A DNA stretch of 63,840 bases, the filler included, from Folioceros fuciformis (lineage: Eukaryota), in NCBI GenBank assembly GCA_049999805.1. It is 18 parts of 18 records of this genome, joined end to end, with 100 filler letters (N's around TTAATTAATTAA, not from the genome) between each part and the next. Parts side by side here need not be neighbours in the genome. Positions count along the whole stretch, not along the records: positions 11,962 to 18,366 come from JBNGIO010006760.1; positions 18,467 to 20,779 come from JBNGIO010006761.1; positions 20,880 to 24,246 come from JBNGIO010006762.1; positions 24,347 to 25,745 come from JBNGIO010006763.1; 14 more parts are not named here. One strand, 5' to 3'. The notes beneath the pieces are model-generated. The model was not told the DNA's origin. It did not search any database and worked only from the letters and a program-made list of their open reading frames with translations. Both the position numbers and the translations under genes were made by a program. Position 1 is the first letter of the stretch; every line of letters begins with the position of its first letter. This document shows positions 12,128 through 25,845 of the stretch, in pieces.

Positions 12128-13267
12128 CTACACCGCCTATCAAGGTCGTAAGTAGTTGATCCGTCCACGCTGATGAAAGGCATCCACGGCAGGTTTATGA
12201 AAGTCCTGCACACCACCACTCCAGCCCACGCCACGCCACCACTCACTCTTGCATAATTTACTCCTCACCGTCATATCTACTACATACCACGCCCGCTCCT
12301 CCCACTTACTTACCTCAATGTCCAGAAAGCGATGATGAACCTCCTCTCTCCATCCTCCCCCTGCACATCCACACCACCCCCCGACATGACTTTTGCCTTC
12401 TCACCCTACCCTACCCTACCCTACCCTGCCTGCACCCAGAATCATACACATGTAACACACACGTCAATCCTATCCTGCGCACAAAGAATATCCACCTCAG
12501 CTATGCTCTTCAGCTCTAGGGATGGATCCACCACAAACGGCACCAGAAGCTTCAGGTTTCTCTCGTACGTGTCTCTCCCTGGCCAAATCCACTGCAAAAT
12601 TTTTGCTTCCATCAACTCTAACAAATCCCCCGCCATTGCCCCACGGGCTTATCCACCATACCTGTAAAGCTAATCGTTGGATCCTTGAACACGCATTCTT
12701 CTGTGTACAGCTCACGAGTAAACTCCCCTGCCAAGTCGAGATTTAGTACCGGCCGGCATGTGCCAACTTGCGCTGCGGCCACACTACAGTCCAGAATCTC
12801 TCGTCAACCTGTTAGGAAATATGCGCGAGCATAGTCGGCTGTGAGGATCTGCACAGCATCCAGGATCACACCTGCGTCTCTTTCTGTTTCTGTGATGCTC
12901 GCGAGGGGATACCTGCCGACAAACAATGCTCTCATCAACCCCTGCACAAGCATGCCCCTTCCATCTGCACAATCAAACATGAACTCAACTAACGCCCATG
13001 GCACACATGCCTGCTCGCCCGCCTGCTGGAGAATCCCCGTAGCAGCTCCGTCGCTGCAGCCACAAGCAACCGCACAATCACTGGCTCCCGCTTGGGTAAA
13101 TTGCACACCACCTGACCGTGCCTGTGCCTGTGCCCGTGCCCGTGCTGCCGCCTCACGCCGCCGACCCTTGTCAGCTGAAACGTCCTGCCGTTAATTCCAC
13201 ACTCGTTCCAGTTCAAATTCATGGCAGGCATCTGGCACACCAAAGGGCTGCTCATCGTGTTGGCCAT
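12128..13267 (-). CDS. Plastid-type NTF2/SnoaL-like (DUF2358) protein, multi-exon, 3' end not resolved
   Basis: Exons read ILTADYARAYFLTG, ELYTEECVFKDPTISFTG, TYERNLKLLVPF, FIIAFWTLR and TFINLPWMPFISVDGSTTYDLD. The N-terminus looks like a transit peptide. Confidence 0.82.
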
Positions 13268-13383
13268 GGAAATAGACTCCGAATTGTCCCCCTTCTTTAT
13301 GTACACTACATCATTTGCGGCGCATCGTCATCGTTTACTGAGTCACGCTGAGCTGAGGTGGTCAGGGTTTCCACACCGCTGTT

Positions 13384-16300
13384 ATGGATGAAGCTGGGTC
13401 GTCTTTCGGCGGACTGGATGCCACGATTGTCGTCATCAATCTGCACTCAGAGCCACCGGGGCTCAAGCTTGAGGAAAGTCATGGTGATCGGAGCGAGGAT
13501 GTTAGTGGGACGAACGTGCTCATTCACGACGACACAAAACATCTTTCCGTTGCACACGCCGTGGTGGATGCCTGGGACTTGGGCCCCGACCAGTGGGTCG
13601 CGCTGGCATTGACCCAAGGATGCTCCATCCGTGTGCACAAAGAATTGTATGTCGTTTTGAATGACTGCCACTCAGTGACAAATGTGAACAAATGCATGTG
13701 CAGGGTGGGGACAATTTCATCCATGTTTACCTGGCTTTCCATGTTGCTGCAGATTGGTCCGTGAGTCGATTTACTTTCGTTCCCTCTTCAGCAACTTCAG
13801 GTATTCTCCGCTGCCCCTCTTGGAACCTCTAGCCTGTTGAGACCATTTTCGCTCGTCGCTTAAGTTAGGTTCAACGTTGCACAGGCCGTCGTCGAGATGT
13901 TTCTGTTCCCAAAGTATGCCATGGTCGGCTTGTTTTTGACGCTGCTACTGTTAACTGTGGTTTCAGGGAATCCGAAAGCGTTGCTATCGCAGTTAATTGG
14001 GATGTGGCCACGTTCATCACATTTCTACAGTTTCTTCACGGTGGGAAGCTCGACGTCTTCCCTGGAAACGTTGTGAACTTGCTAGAGGTAAGGCAGTTGA
14101 CATTGCTCAACAGAAAAAAGGCAATACTCAGTTCGGGAACATGTAACTTTCATGACATCGCTTGTAGCAGGGAGCTGCATTTTTTTCGATCGACAAAGTG
14201 CTCGGGAAAGTCGACTCGTGGGCATCTAAGTCAATGCTTACTGAGGAACCGATCGATGGGGACGTCTTGAGAAGCACTCCTCTATTATGGAGTTCCGCCA
14301 AGGAAGTTGGTAATCCCTCTGCAGACAAGTAATAATGGCCAGTATGACCTGCTATTTCCACTGCCCTTGGCATTGTCATTCGTACGCTCCTCATGCTGAA
14401 TGCAGGAGCCTCGGCACTCATGGAAATCTGCGTGGAGAGTTTTTCCATTCACTTTGTCAGTTCTTATCCTCTTAACCTTAAACCCTTATCAATAAATATG
14501 GTGGTCTTTTCCGTCTATGTGACATCTTGTGGCATATTTCTGACAGAACTATCGTTTGCTGGCAGGTAGCTGGAATGTGTTTGGAGGGTTTTGAGAATCT
14601 TCCATCCGCTTTCCTGAATGCCTGCCTCGGTCACCCCCAGCTGACTGTGCACAGGTGCTGACCTTGTTGCCATTTTGAGAATTTGAGTTGGTCCTTGACA
14701 ACTTGAATATCTCTTGGATTCGCTCTGTTTCTATCAACCTGTGTCTGTGTCTTTGTGTGCCTCTGTAATATAGTGAGAGACAGCTTTGCGAAGCTCTCAT
14801 ACGTTGGTGCACAGGGCAGGCAGAGTGGAAAGACTGGTTCAATTCAAGGGCTCCTGGGGCACAAAACCATCAGTTTGAATGTCTGAAGAAGGTGACCTAG
14901 TCTTTACAGATGCACACCTCCACTCATTTCTAGGTTCAATCCTTTGAGCAGCTGCTGTCTGCCCATGTTAACTGGTGAACGCGAATGAGGTCCGCAATGT
15001 AGGGTTTCAGAGGTAACCTGAAGCTCCTTTCATGTGCAGCAGATTCGCGTGTTCCTTCTGCCTCTGGACTATCTTTATGGTAAGGCCCAAATTCTTACAG
15101 ATTGTACAAACACAATTGCAGTAACAGGTTGCAAAAACAGATGCCTCAATTGGGACCGTGTGTGACCATAGTTGGCTTTCTTGCAGGATGCATAATAAGC
15201 AAATTCCCTGCTAGTTTGTTCCGTCTTGGTGAATACGATGAACCAAGGAATTGGGACTCTGCTTTTGATGCTCTCCACGACACAATCTCGAGCTTCCCAA
15301 GAAGTGAAGACAACAACGCACAGTATACAATAAGGTTGACACAATATTCAGAGGTCGGTTCCATGTTACAGGCGTAGGTGTTGTGGCAGGGACCAGCTTG
15401 ACACTCCACCTTCAAGACGGTACTAAGCAACAGTCTTTCGAAGCTTTGTTTGCAGACTTTGGACCTCTCTGGGTGCCAGCAAGTTACCTGTCCGATTCTC
15501 GTCGCCTCCGCTGCTTGTGCCCCAGCCAATCATCGGCGAGCTGTCCCCTGGGCTCGTAACAATTTCGGGAATGCTGTTCACCCAAGTAGAAGCTGGGAGT
15601 CAAGTATCATGTCTTCCGCCTCTCCAACGATGGATCATAACCAATGGGCAAGATATCCCAGTTTCGAGAGGTTATGCAGAGTCTGTCTGTCTAACTGCTG
15701 GCGACTGAGCGAGAGGGATCTCAGTTCCTGGTTGCAAGCATCTTGTCCAGCCTTACGCGAGCTCATTGTGACGAATTGCCCCCAACTGAGATTGACTCTT
15801 CTTTCCGAGTTGCCTGAGAGTTGCCCCTTCATCCGAGTGGCTGATTTCTCGGTGGACACAAGCCGGCTAGAGAGGCAAATGTTACATGTGGAAAAAAAAA
15901 GGGTTCTGGACGATGGGACTAGTCATTCCTGTCCCTGGAATCATTGCTGGCTGGCACGTCTGTCAGAATTCAGTCTACAAGGACGCAAGGATGTGACAGG
16001 TAAGGAACAAACGTTCTTATTATTACAATACAGTGAACTGCATCTGAGGAACCATGACTTCGAGTGCAGGAGCGGAATTTTGGAAGAATTGCAACTTATC
16101 CATGTCTTGTTTGTGTAGACTCTCTGCTCGCAGCTGTTGCCTGGTCCTGCCCTTCACTGCTAAAAGTGAACTTGAGTGGCTGCACGACTTTGTCAGATTC
16201 GGGTATCAGTCGGTTTCTTAGAGTTTATACCAGACTACTTGGTTTTCAAGGTGCATGGACCAACTTTGGTGCGGTTTCAGTGACGTCCCTCATCAAAGTA

Positions 16301-18366
16301 TTTGAACATGGTGAAACTTTAGATCTGGGAGGCTGCCTTGGTATGGCTCACCGGTGATTTGAACAGTTCCAGCGCGTGATTTGGTTTTAAACTGCCTGAC
16401 TGACGAGACCTGCTGCGTCACAGGGTTGCAGGAGAACTGTTTGGGAGAATTGTTGAGGACTGCTGCATCCCTGAAAGTATTGACCCTGAGCAACACAAAT
16501 CTTGGCGATTCTGCTCTCAAGGAGTTTGTTGGGGAAGGTCTCGAATTCTTGGATATCAGTGAGACCCAGGTCAGTGGTGGCACACGGTGCTTTGTCGCAA
16601 GACTGAAACCTCTTGGGTTGGTCGAAGGCCGTATTTGACGTGTACAAACACCCTTTGTCATGAAGTCTGAAGCTATTTATTGTACGCAGGTCTCAGGTCC
16701 AGCGCTCGCCTATGTAATTGCAAACAATACAGGCTTAAAGTCCATTAATACAAAAGGCTGTGTAAGAATTGAAATCGCTACAGAGACAAATGCAATCCCG
16801 CCAACATTTTTTAGGGCGCTTGGATACAGCAGTATGTGCTTGTTGGAGCTGAAGGCAGGTTGGGGGTTTTCTGACTATGTCCTTAGTCTCAAGATGCCAG
16901 CGTTTGCTCATGTCACGAGCCTGGACATCGGACTTGGGGCATGCTCAACCGTAAATTTACTATCCACTCTTCCATGCTTGCAGCAGCTGTCCCTATCTTT
17001 CCAGGTGATATTTGCACTCTTCGTTATGTCTGCATTTTCTTCCCGATTACACTGGACATGACCACCCTGCCGCCTCTCCTCTCCCCCACGTACCCCCTGG
17101 ATGTCATTGAGCCTAAGGATGTAACAGCAATTTCTTCGGACACTGCCAACAGACTGTCTCTGATGAAAGCATGAGCAAGCTTGTCGAACATGCACCCAAC
17201 CTTCAAGTGTTGGAGCTTCGGAATTGTATGGGATCTCTCTCGTCTGCCGGCATTCGTTCCTTGGCGCTGAAGCCTGGAGTGAATTTGACTTCCTTAAAGT
17301 TGGAGAGGGTTGCTTCAAGTTTGACGGATGATGACCTCTTAGTTCTCGGTACCAGTTGCAAAGGACTCCGCTATCTTTCACTTACAGGATGCAAGGCTTT
17401 GACTGCAAGTGCGTAAGGTTCTGAACCGACAGTGAGGGACAGTCAGAATCTTCCAAAGATTTGTTCTTACTGTGAACCATGGTGCTGTTCAGCGTTTTGA
17501 CCCAGTTCTTTTACATTTTGCTTGAGTCGTTACTGTCCTAAATTCCACCAGCTGATTTGCTGCCCGCAGAGGGACTAGAAATTATTGCTGACAAATGGCC
17601 AGGACTCCGCGACTTGAAGCTTGAGGTAACGGCCTTAGCTGTACTAGCCTCTCTGTTGTCTGTGTGATCCTATCTCACTTGGAAACTGTTTCGTATGTTG
17701 AAGGAATGTGGTGGAACAACAAGCGACGGAGCATCCCATATCCTCAGATCATGCCGAGCATTACAAGGACTCAACCTGAGGCACAATGTGAGAATGTTTA
17801 TGAGGTTTCCTTGTACAGTGACCCTCGATGGCTTCAAGACTGTTGTTCTTGCTGACACTAAGGAGTGCCTTGCATCTTTTCAGGGAAGAGGGTTGCCTGA
17901 CACTTTTGTCGTAGATGTAGTATCCCATGTAAGTTTCTTTCACTTGGAGAGTCGTCCTTAAGTGCAACTGGCTCCGACATGACAACCCAAAGCTATACAG
18001 CGTTTTGACATTATCTACGTAGGAACTCCTCTGTCCTCCGCAAGGTTTGAGCTTAAGTCGTCATCCTCTGTCTTGCAGCTGCGATTGCTGCGCTTCCTGG
18101 CGCTTGACGATTGCGATGCAACAAATCAGGGGTTCAGGTTGCCTGAGGTAAGTTCTCATCATTTCACTGTGAATGGCCCATGTTGCACTAATGCATTTCT
18201 CTGCCCCCTTGTGTGGATTCATCAGAACTAAATTTACTTTTGCAGGGGGTTCCGTTTCGACCACTGTGTTTTTACCTATCCAAATGCAAAGCTCGCAGCA
18301 ACCCATTCCAAATTCAATGCCACCCTCGTGCGGCTTCCGTATGCCACAGCCAGACGGTGATAAGTG
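13384..18366 (+). CDS. FBL11: BTB/POZ-BACK-LRR protein FBL11-like, many exons, probably 3'-truncated
   Basis: N-terminal AWDL...SIRVHKE, a BACK-like SERQLCEALIRW, and many cysteine-containing LRRs (LDLSGCQQV, LSNCWRL, VNLSGCTTLSDSGI, LDISETQ, LSLTGCKALT). Confidence 0.8.
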
Positions 18367-18466
18367 NNNNNNNNNNNNNNNNNNNNNNNNNNNNNNNNNN
18401 NNNNNNNNNNTTAATTAATTAANNNNNNNNNNNNNNNNNNNNNNNNNNNNNNNNNNNNNNNNNNNN

Positions 18467-20308
18467 ATGCACCAGGCCGTCCATGTCCGTCCACCAGCTC
18501 TGCCCCGGCTGCTTCAGAGCCCCAACTTCCTTTCTCCTCACCTGCATCTCCTGTGCCTTATCCCACATCTGGGCACCCGAGTAAATGTATGACATCAACA
18601 GGTACGCTGCAGGATCCTTTTTGTCTAGCTTCACCGCTTGGTTGAAGGCATGGCAACCTACCTCCACATTTCTCCACTTTCGACAAGCACTCAAGAGGGT
18701 GTGCCAAACTGAAAGATTAGCCTCAACAGGCATCAACCTCACCATTTCTAGTGCCTTGTCAAGTTGGCCTGCACGACCCAGGAGATCTACCATACATGAG
18801 TAGTGCTCTGCAGCGGGTGTGATGCCGGAGTGCCTCATAGCTTCAAAGTACTCTTGCCCCTTGCTCAGTAGACCTGCGTGACTGCATACGGTTAGAACAG
18901 CCAGAAACGTCTGGCTGCCGGGCTGTATGCAATCCTCTCTCATTCTGTGAAAAAGGTCGAAGACCACTTCACTGTCTCCTTGACGGGTGTATCCATTGAT
19001 GAGCGCCGTCCAGGCAACCACATTTCTTCCGGGCAGAGCATCGAACACCTGTTGCGCATCAACCATGCTCCCGGACTTGGCATACATGTTTATCAAACTG
19101 TTCACCACATTCTCATCACCTTGAAGCCCTAGTTCTTTAATCTGCTCATGAAGCTGATTTCCCGCCTGTAAAGCTGCCACACTTGCACATGCTTGCAGGA
19201 GGCACACAAATATCACAGAATCGAGGATAGCGATGCCCTCTTGTTGCATGGCATGGTACAATCGAAGGGCATCCTGCGCCATTCCCTGCTGGGAATACCC
19301 TGCAATCAGAGCAGTCCAGGTAACCACATCTTTTCGAGAAAGCCTGTCAAACACTCTCTGTGCGTCCGGTAGGCTGCCACATTTTGCATACATGTACACC
19401 AAGCAATTACACACAAACAGATCAGGCTCAACCCCACTGGCCAACACATCAGCATGGACCTGCTGCCCACTTTTCAAGTCTTCTGCCTTTCCACAAGCCT
19501 GCAGAGCCGCCACAAAAACATGGCCATCCGGATTCACCCCTGATCTGCGCATCTGATGATACAGTTGTATGGCCACCTCCGATTCTCCTTGTCTAACATG
19601 TGCAGTGATTATGGACGACCACATGAAGGCATCTGGTGTGGGAACCATGGTGAACACATCCATCGCATCCTTCAACATTCCATGAGAGGCATACATCCGT
19701 ACGACGTGGTTGCACATGAACGTGTCTGCCTGATACCCTCGCATCACGCTGAAAGCATGAACCCGGCGACCCAGTACCAAATCCTTACCACGCACACATG
19801 CTTTCAGGACATTGTGAAACAAGGTCTTGGAAATTCGACACTCCCTGTGAACCAGAATTCCCAGGGCCTCCACAGCTTCGGTGAGCTGGCCCTGCTCACA
19901 TAATTTGCCCACCATCGCAGCTGTGATGCCCATTCCGTATTCTGCAGGGCTCCAAGGATCAGCCTCACCGGGCATTCTCCAATTGGATTTAGGAGCACGA
20001 CGATCCGTCTGCGTAGCCTGTGCAGCCAGCTGACATCCCAGACGCCGTGGCTTGCAAATGCTCCTTAACCAGAGCACCTCCCCAGACTGTTCATGCCGAA
20101 ATTCATGACACCGAAAGACCTTGTTCAGTTTTCTGTGATTCCAACAAAGAGCATGTTCCAATAACTGATGTCGCCCCAAAGCCAGCTGATCTGAAACGCT
20201 TCCTCCAAGACCTGTGAGCCCATCAATCTGCCATGTCCATGAAATCTGCTCCCCCAATAGGCCTGGTCCCCGTCTGCCAGAGTCAATTGCAAGGTTACAG
20301 GCAGCCAT
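18467..20308 (-). CDS. PLS-class PPR protein with E1/E2 and start of a DYW:WW-type domain; intronless, 3'-truncated
   Basis: Canonical P-L-S repeats, HYSCMVDLLGRAG and VWHTLLSACR are followed by KQPGQSWWTDMDG (WW variant of the PG box). A degenerate PDF-like motif lies near the N-terminus. Confidence 0.95.
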
Positions 20309-22395
20309 GGTCGACAGCCTTGTCTGCTGGGCCACGTGCGCAGTTTATGTCCAAACCCATATGCAAGCTCGATTCTTCAAAGTTTCTACCTCAGAGGACT
20401 CCTCTCCTTTGAAAGTACTACACTTCGCTGCCCTCTCGCAAGTTGCAACCAACACCAATCCGGCCAGCGATTTCTTCCCAAGCAGAACGAACATACACTG
20501 TATGTGCAGTGAATGGATAGGAGGTGGGCACACATCGAAGCTTGTGTCAGCACAGCCATCTTGTCTGAGAGCCTTCATTCGTATGATGAACCTAAAACCC
20601 TAGCCATTCCTCTAATTTGGCATGAAGACAGTGCAGGTCCGAAATCTGGGTTTTGAAACTGTAAGAATGCGCGGGGATTTGATTTCACGTCTTGTTGAAT
20701 GAAGTAGGAGCCTGCTGCTGGAAAACGAGGTCGGCGATGGAAGCGGAGCGCGCTTTCTGATTGTAAGGAGCCGCAGTAGNNNNNNNNNNNNNNNNNNNNN
20801 NNNNNNNNNNNNNNNNNNNNNNNTTAATTAATTAANNNNNNNNNNNNNNNNNNNNNNNNNNNNNNNNNNNNNNNNNNNNGATGTGTCCATCTTACCAGGA
20901 TTGAATGCAGAGGCCTAGTCTGCAGCACGCCTGGGGCCGAGACACAAGGTTCTGATACATGGCACAACTAGTGTGACTTGACTGGACAATGGACATGGGA
21001 GCATGGCAGGGCGGCCAAAGGATCTGGAACCCAGAAGCAAACACTCTTCTCCAATACACCCTCGAAGATTCAGTCCTGCCGTTTTATTTCTACAAGTACG
21101 AGCACTACACAAGGCAGGACTCAAGTGACCAACAACAGAAACTAGTTGTGGCTGACTTCATCACAATCCCGTGCAGCACACGAACTACGAAGCCTCCCTG
21201 CGCCAGTATCCCAGGCTGGATTGCCTTCTTCTTGACGCGGTCTCCAAACGCTAAAGCCTTTCGGGAACTGCAAACTGCCACGGTGATCCCTCAAACTCCG
21301 TTCCAGAACCATTCCCCTTTTCTAAAAGGGTACCCATCACAACCAGCTTATCTGCTACAACAACCCAGTGTTAGCGAAGTCGCTAGAGGGATACAGGCAG
21401 CATTGCGCAGCTCAAGCAGAAGCCGGCAAAGCTGCCAGACGAGTGGGGCTCACATCTCCACCCACCGCTCCCCCAACGCCTCAAGCTGGTTTGATCTTCT
21501 GGGGAGTAGCAGTAGCGGGCTTCTTACCAAGCCATCTGAGGAGCACATACCCGATGATCGAGATAATAAGAGACAGGGCAGCGAAAACCTGGGGATCCAG
21601 CCCACCACCTGCCATCAGCCACAATCTGATGTGCAAATATCCCCAACCTGCAACGGCCCAAGATCTCAACCGCTTCCTCAGTTCGCTACTTCCGGCCTGT
21701 TAGGCCTGCACTCGCCCCCCGTGTGCAATTTATTCAACTTGGAGCCTTAAGGCCTTTCTCAAGGCTCACAGTACCTCGACGGCCCTGAGTAATTGCACAG
21801 CCCGCGATGGCAATAGCAATTGAACAGTAGGGGAACATGGCATCGCAGAACTACCGGCTCAACAGAAGATTTCCTCAACTTGTGTGCGTACAGCGGGAAC
21901 GTTGCTTGCAACCCTGCAATCTTTGTTCTGTGAACACCAACACCTCGCTGGAACCTTGGACATCGGCAGGTCGCTCCTACTGCATCTATCGGGTTTGGGC
22001 GTGCAAAACCCTAACAGAGATGCAAGTTTGGGATTGGGTTCAACGCCTGAAGCTGCCGCGGGCAGCATTGGGTCGCTTTGATTAGCGCAGGCAAATAATG
22101 TTAATGCCGTTGCTGATGAGCTTTCCTCCTCGAAACGAGAGCTTCCCCTCCAGGGTCGCTTTGCTGAACACAAATAGAGGGTTTTAACCCGGAACTCAAA
22201 AAGATTGTGGCTTGGCCTGGGCATCGATCGCCGCATCGCACATGGGCTTAGGATTGCCTGCACCGAACGAAAATCGAGAATCAAGGTGCGGCTCTAGATG
22301 AGCTGATCAGCTGCCGGCACAGTCTGGACTCAGGGCTTCAGATAGACGAGTTGAACAGGGACGATTTGCGGCGGCCGCAACGTACAGGTGGAGCC

Positions 22396-23413
22396 ATGGG
22401 AGGATTGAGGATGGCGCTGCTCATGCTGGCGCTTCTGCATCTGCTCGTGAGCCACAAGTGTGCAGATGCGCTGCGTTTCGACATTGCCAGCACGGAAACC
22501 AAGTGTTTGGCGGAGGAAATCCAGAAGAAGGTGTTAGTGGTCGGAGACTTCAAAGTTCTCGCCCCGGACGGTCAGCATGAGCCTCCTGTGCGCATCAACG
22601 TTAGGGTAAGTTGGCAGGATGCTGCGCGATCTTGTCCTCCTGCACCCATGCTGATCTGAGCACAACCTAAAATTGTGCAGCTTGACTCACGTCCCTATGC
22701 TGGTCTGTTGATTGTTTGGAGTGTTGAGTCTCCGCGATTGGTGGGGTATGGGCAGTTGATTGTTTTTCGTTGTCTCTGCTTCCTAAGTCGTGAAATCTTT
22801 GTTGCATCAGGTGACATCCCCCCATGGTAAAAGCATGTACTATCAAGAAAACACGCATTCTGGCCAATTTGCCTTCTCAGATGGGGAAGCAGGCAATTAC
22901 ATGGCGTGCTTCTGGACTCTCAACAATCCGAACTCTGTGACATACACTGTTGAGCTCGACTGGAAGACAGGTGTTGCGGCAAAGGATTGGGAAGGGATCG
23001 CAAAGAGGGAAAAAGTCGATGTAACGATTTCTGCCTATTGAATTGTCTATGCAAGTCCTTGAATGCACCAAGCGATGTGATTAAGTTGAGCGTCTCTCAC
23101 TGCAGGCGGTCGAGCTGGAATTGCGGAAGCTAGAAGAAACTGTAGAGAGCATTCACGAGGAGATGCTGTATTTGAGAGAGAAGTACGGTCTATTAGCTTT
23201 CCACATGCAGGGAAACGGCCATTGCTCTGCGTGGAAACTTTCTAACTCGTTCGTCCTATTGTTGGCAGAGAGGCAGAAATGCGAGAACTGAGTGAGGCTA
23301 CCAACGCCCGGGTGGCATGGTTCGGCATTTTGTCCCTTTTTGTTTGCGTGTCAGTGGCTGGGTGGCAGCTGTGGCATTTGAAGACCTTTTTCGAGCGGAA
23401 GAAGCTTCTCTGA
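22396..23413 (+). CDS. p24 delta (emp24/gp25L/TMED10-like) cargo receptor, 4 exons
   Basis: Signal peptide, TKCLAEEI, GQFAF..GNYMACF, LDWKTGVAAKDW, ELELRKLE, a TM helix and the C-terminal FFERKKLL* dilysine motif. Confidence 0.95.
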
Positions 23414-23687
23414 ACCATCGATTACACAGGGATTGACCGTCTCAATGTAGACCGGACAAGCAATGGAAAGTGGAGGTTGGCCGCAGCTGCTCTTCGTTTT
23501 GTAGAGTCAGTAGCTTTCATTTGTTACTACCACGGATTTCGAGTTTCACTTGCTCTAATTTGAATATTTCATCATTTTATTCCCGTGGCAAGGCAGGATT
23601 TGCCGGAATTTTCTTGCCAATAGTATAGACGCAAGTACATTACAGTCGACACTCAAGAAGGGGATCAATTCTCTTGCACGGAGCCGG

Positions 23688-24246
23688 TCACTTCGGCACA
23701 GTGACGTTCAAAATCTTTACGTCTTGGTACGGCTTGTCGTTTCTGTCGGTCTTTACCTTCTCTACAGCCTGCAAACGAAAAACCAAATTCAGCTAACGAG
23801 CATGCGCCACAGCGGAAGTTGGTTCCAAGCTGATCTGTAGGACGGCCTCACCTGAACTACGTCCATTCCCTTTACAACACGGCCAAACACGGTGTGCTTG
23901 TTATCAAGCCAGGGAGTAGCCACAGTTGTGATAAAAAACTGAGAACCATTTGTATTGGGACCAGCATTGGCCATAGAAAGTGTGAAAGGACGATCGTGTC
24001 GCAAACTGCGTCCAGCAAAAGATGATCTTAGTACAACGAATTTCGGATTAATGCAAAACGTGAATTACCAGAAACACTTGCACAAAGCAATCTCTACTTC
24101 ACCTTTTGTGGAATTCATCTTCAAACTCCCCACCCCAGATGGACTGTCCACCAGTGCCGTCTCCTAGAGGGTCCCCAGTTTGTACCATAAAACCTTTAAT
24201 GACACGATGGAATATAAGATTGTCGTAGTATCCATTACGACAATGT
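23688..24246 (-). CDS. CYP71: Cyclophilin domain, C-terminus of CYP71/PPWD1-like WD40 PPIase; 5'-truncated
   Basis: [79 protein letters not shown] and [16 protein letters not shown]. Confidence 0.9.
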
Positions 24247-24346
24247 NNNNNNNNNNNNNNNNNNNNNNNNNNNNNNNNNNNNNNNNNNNNTTAATTAATT
24301 AANNNNNNNNNNNNNNNNNNNNNNNNNNNNNNNNNNNNNNNNNNNN

Positions 24347-25560
24347 TGCAGTTAGTATGAGAGGGCCTTCCCCACAACGCAACTCTACAACAGTTGTATA
24401 ACCAGTTGCTATCGCACGCCACAACAGGCATCCCGATGGCCCTCACACAAGAATATAGTTTGAAGGACGCCTGTATCTACACAAAGGACAGGTTGGTGAT
24501 TCCATCTCAGCTGCATGACCTAAAACAATCCATCCTGCACGATTTCGGAATTGACAAAACCTATGCCCATATTAAGGAGTATTACAGTTGGGCCGGACCC
24601 CAGCGAGATTGCATCGAGTGGATCCTTTCCTGCACATCATGCTAGCAAGTCAAGACAAGTCATCAGAAACACCATGGCTTGCTACAACCCTTACAAATAC
24701 CGTGCGGTCACTTCAGATCCATATCCATGGATTTCATCACTCACTTACCTCGTACCCGTTCCGACAAGGATTGCATCTGGGTCATGATAGACAGGTTCCC
24801 CAAAGTCTGCCACTTTGTCCCTGTCGTATCCACCATCACCACCCCCAAGCTGGCGGGCATATTTATCCAAGAGATCTTCTAGCACCATGGCACACCTGAA
24901 GATATTGTCTCGGACAGAGATGCAAAGTTGACGTTTGGGTTTTGGCAGAACTTCTTGGACACCTTGGGCATCAAACAGAGCATGTCAACGGCGTATCATC
25001 CCCAGTTGGATGGCCAAACCGAGAAATAGAATAAAGTATTGGAGGATATGCTGCAGCACTTCACTCATGAGAAACAGGGCAGATGGGAAGAATTACTCCC
25101 CTTGGTCAAATATGCGTACAACAGGTCCAAGAACACGGCCACATGGGTCACACCCTTCAAACTCTTATATGGTGAAACCCCACTGCTGCCTGGCTTATGG
25201 CCGTGCCGACAGGATTGTTGGTGGAGTGCCGCCGAGATCACTGAAGATCTATATCACGAAATCAAACAAGCGAAACAAAAACTCCAGTCGGCCCAATAGC
25301 GTACCTGCAACACAGCTAACCAACACCACAGAGAAGTCAGGTACAAGGTGGGACACTCGGTCTGGCTATGCCTTAAACGACACAGGTACCCAACATTGAT
25401 CCAAAAGGGGAGCAAGCTCACTTACCGATTTGCAAGCCCTTTCTGGATAGTCCAACGGATCAACTAGGTCACATATCACTTGGATCTCCCGTTGAACTGG
25501 CGGACGTGCCGCACATTCTATGTCTCTATGCTTAAGCCAATCATCCCGCGTCCAGCCCAT
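24347..25560 (+). mobile_element. Ty3/Gypsy retrotransposon integrase remnant (multiple stops)
   Basis: GLLQPLQIP, ISMDFITHLP, VMIDRFPKVCHF, HGTPEDIVSDRD, STAYHPQLDGQTE and TPFKLLYG, with in-frame stops. Confidence 0.93.
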
Positions 25561-25845
25561 CTGTTTTCAGTCCCGTCAGATCCTCCCCAGCCTTTTCTTG
25601 CATCCACCAGCCCGCCATCAGACCCCAGCTAGACAGAACCCAGCCCCCCCTCACTCCTACCTTCTGCTAAGTCTCGTTTGGCTGCCCACTCACCTCCAGA
25701 CCAATGCCCGCCCGTTGACACCAATTTTCCCGCAGACCCCACTAANNNNNNNNNNNNNNNNNNNNNNNNNNNNNNNNNNNNNNNNNNNNTTAATTAATTA
25801 ANNNNNNNNNNNNNNNNNNNNNNNNNNNNNNNNNNNNNNNNNNNN

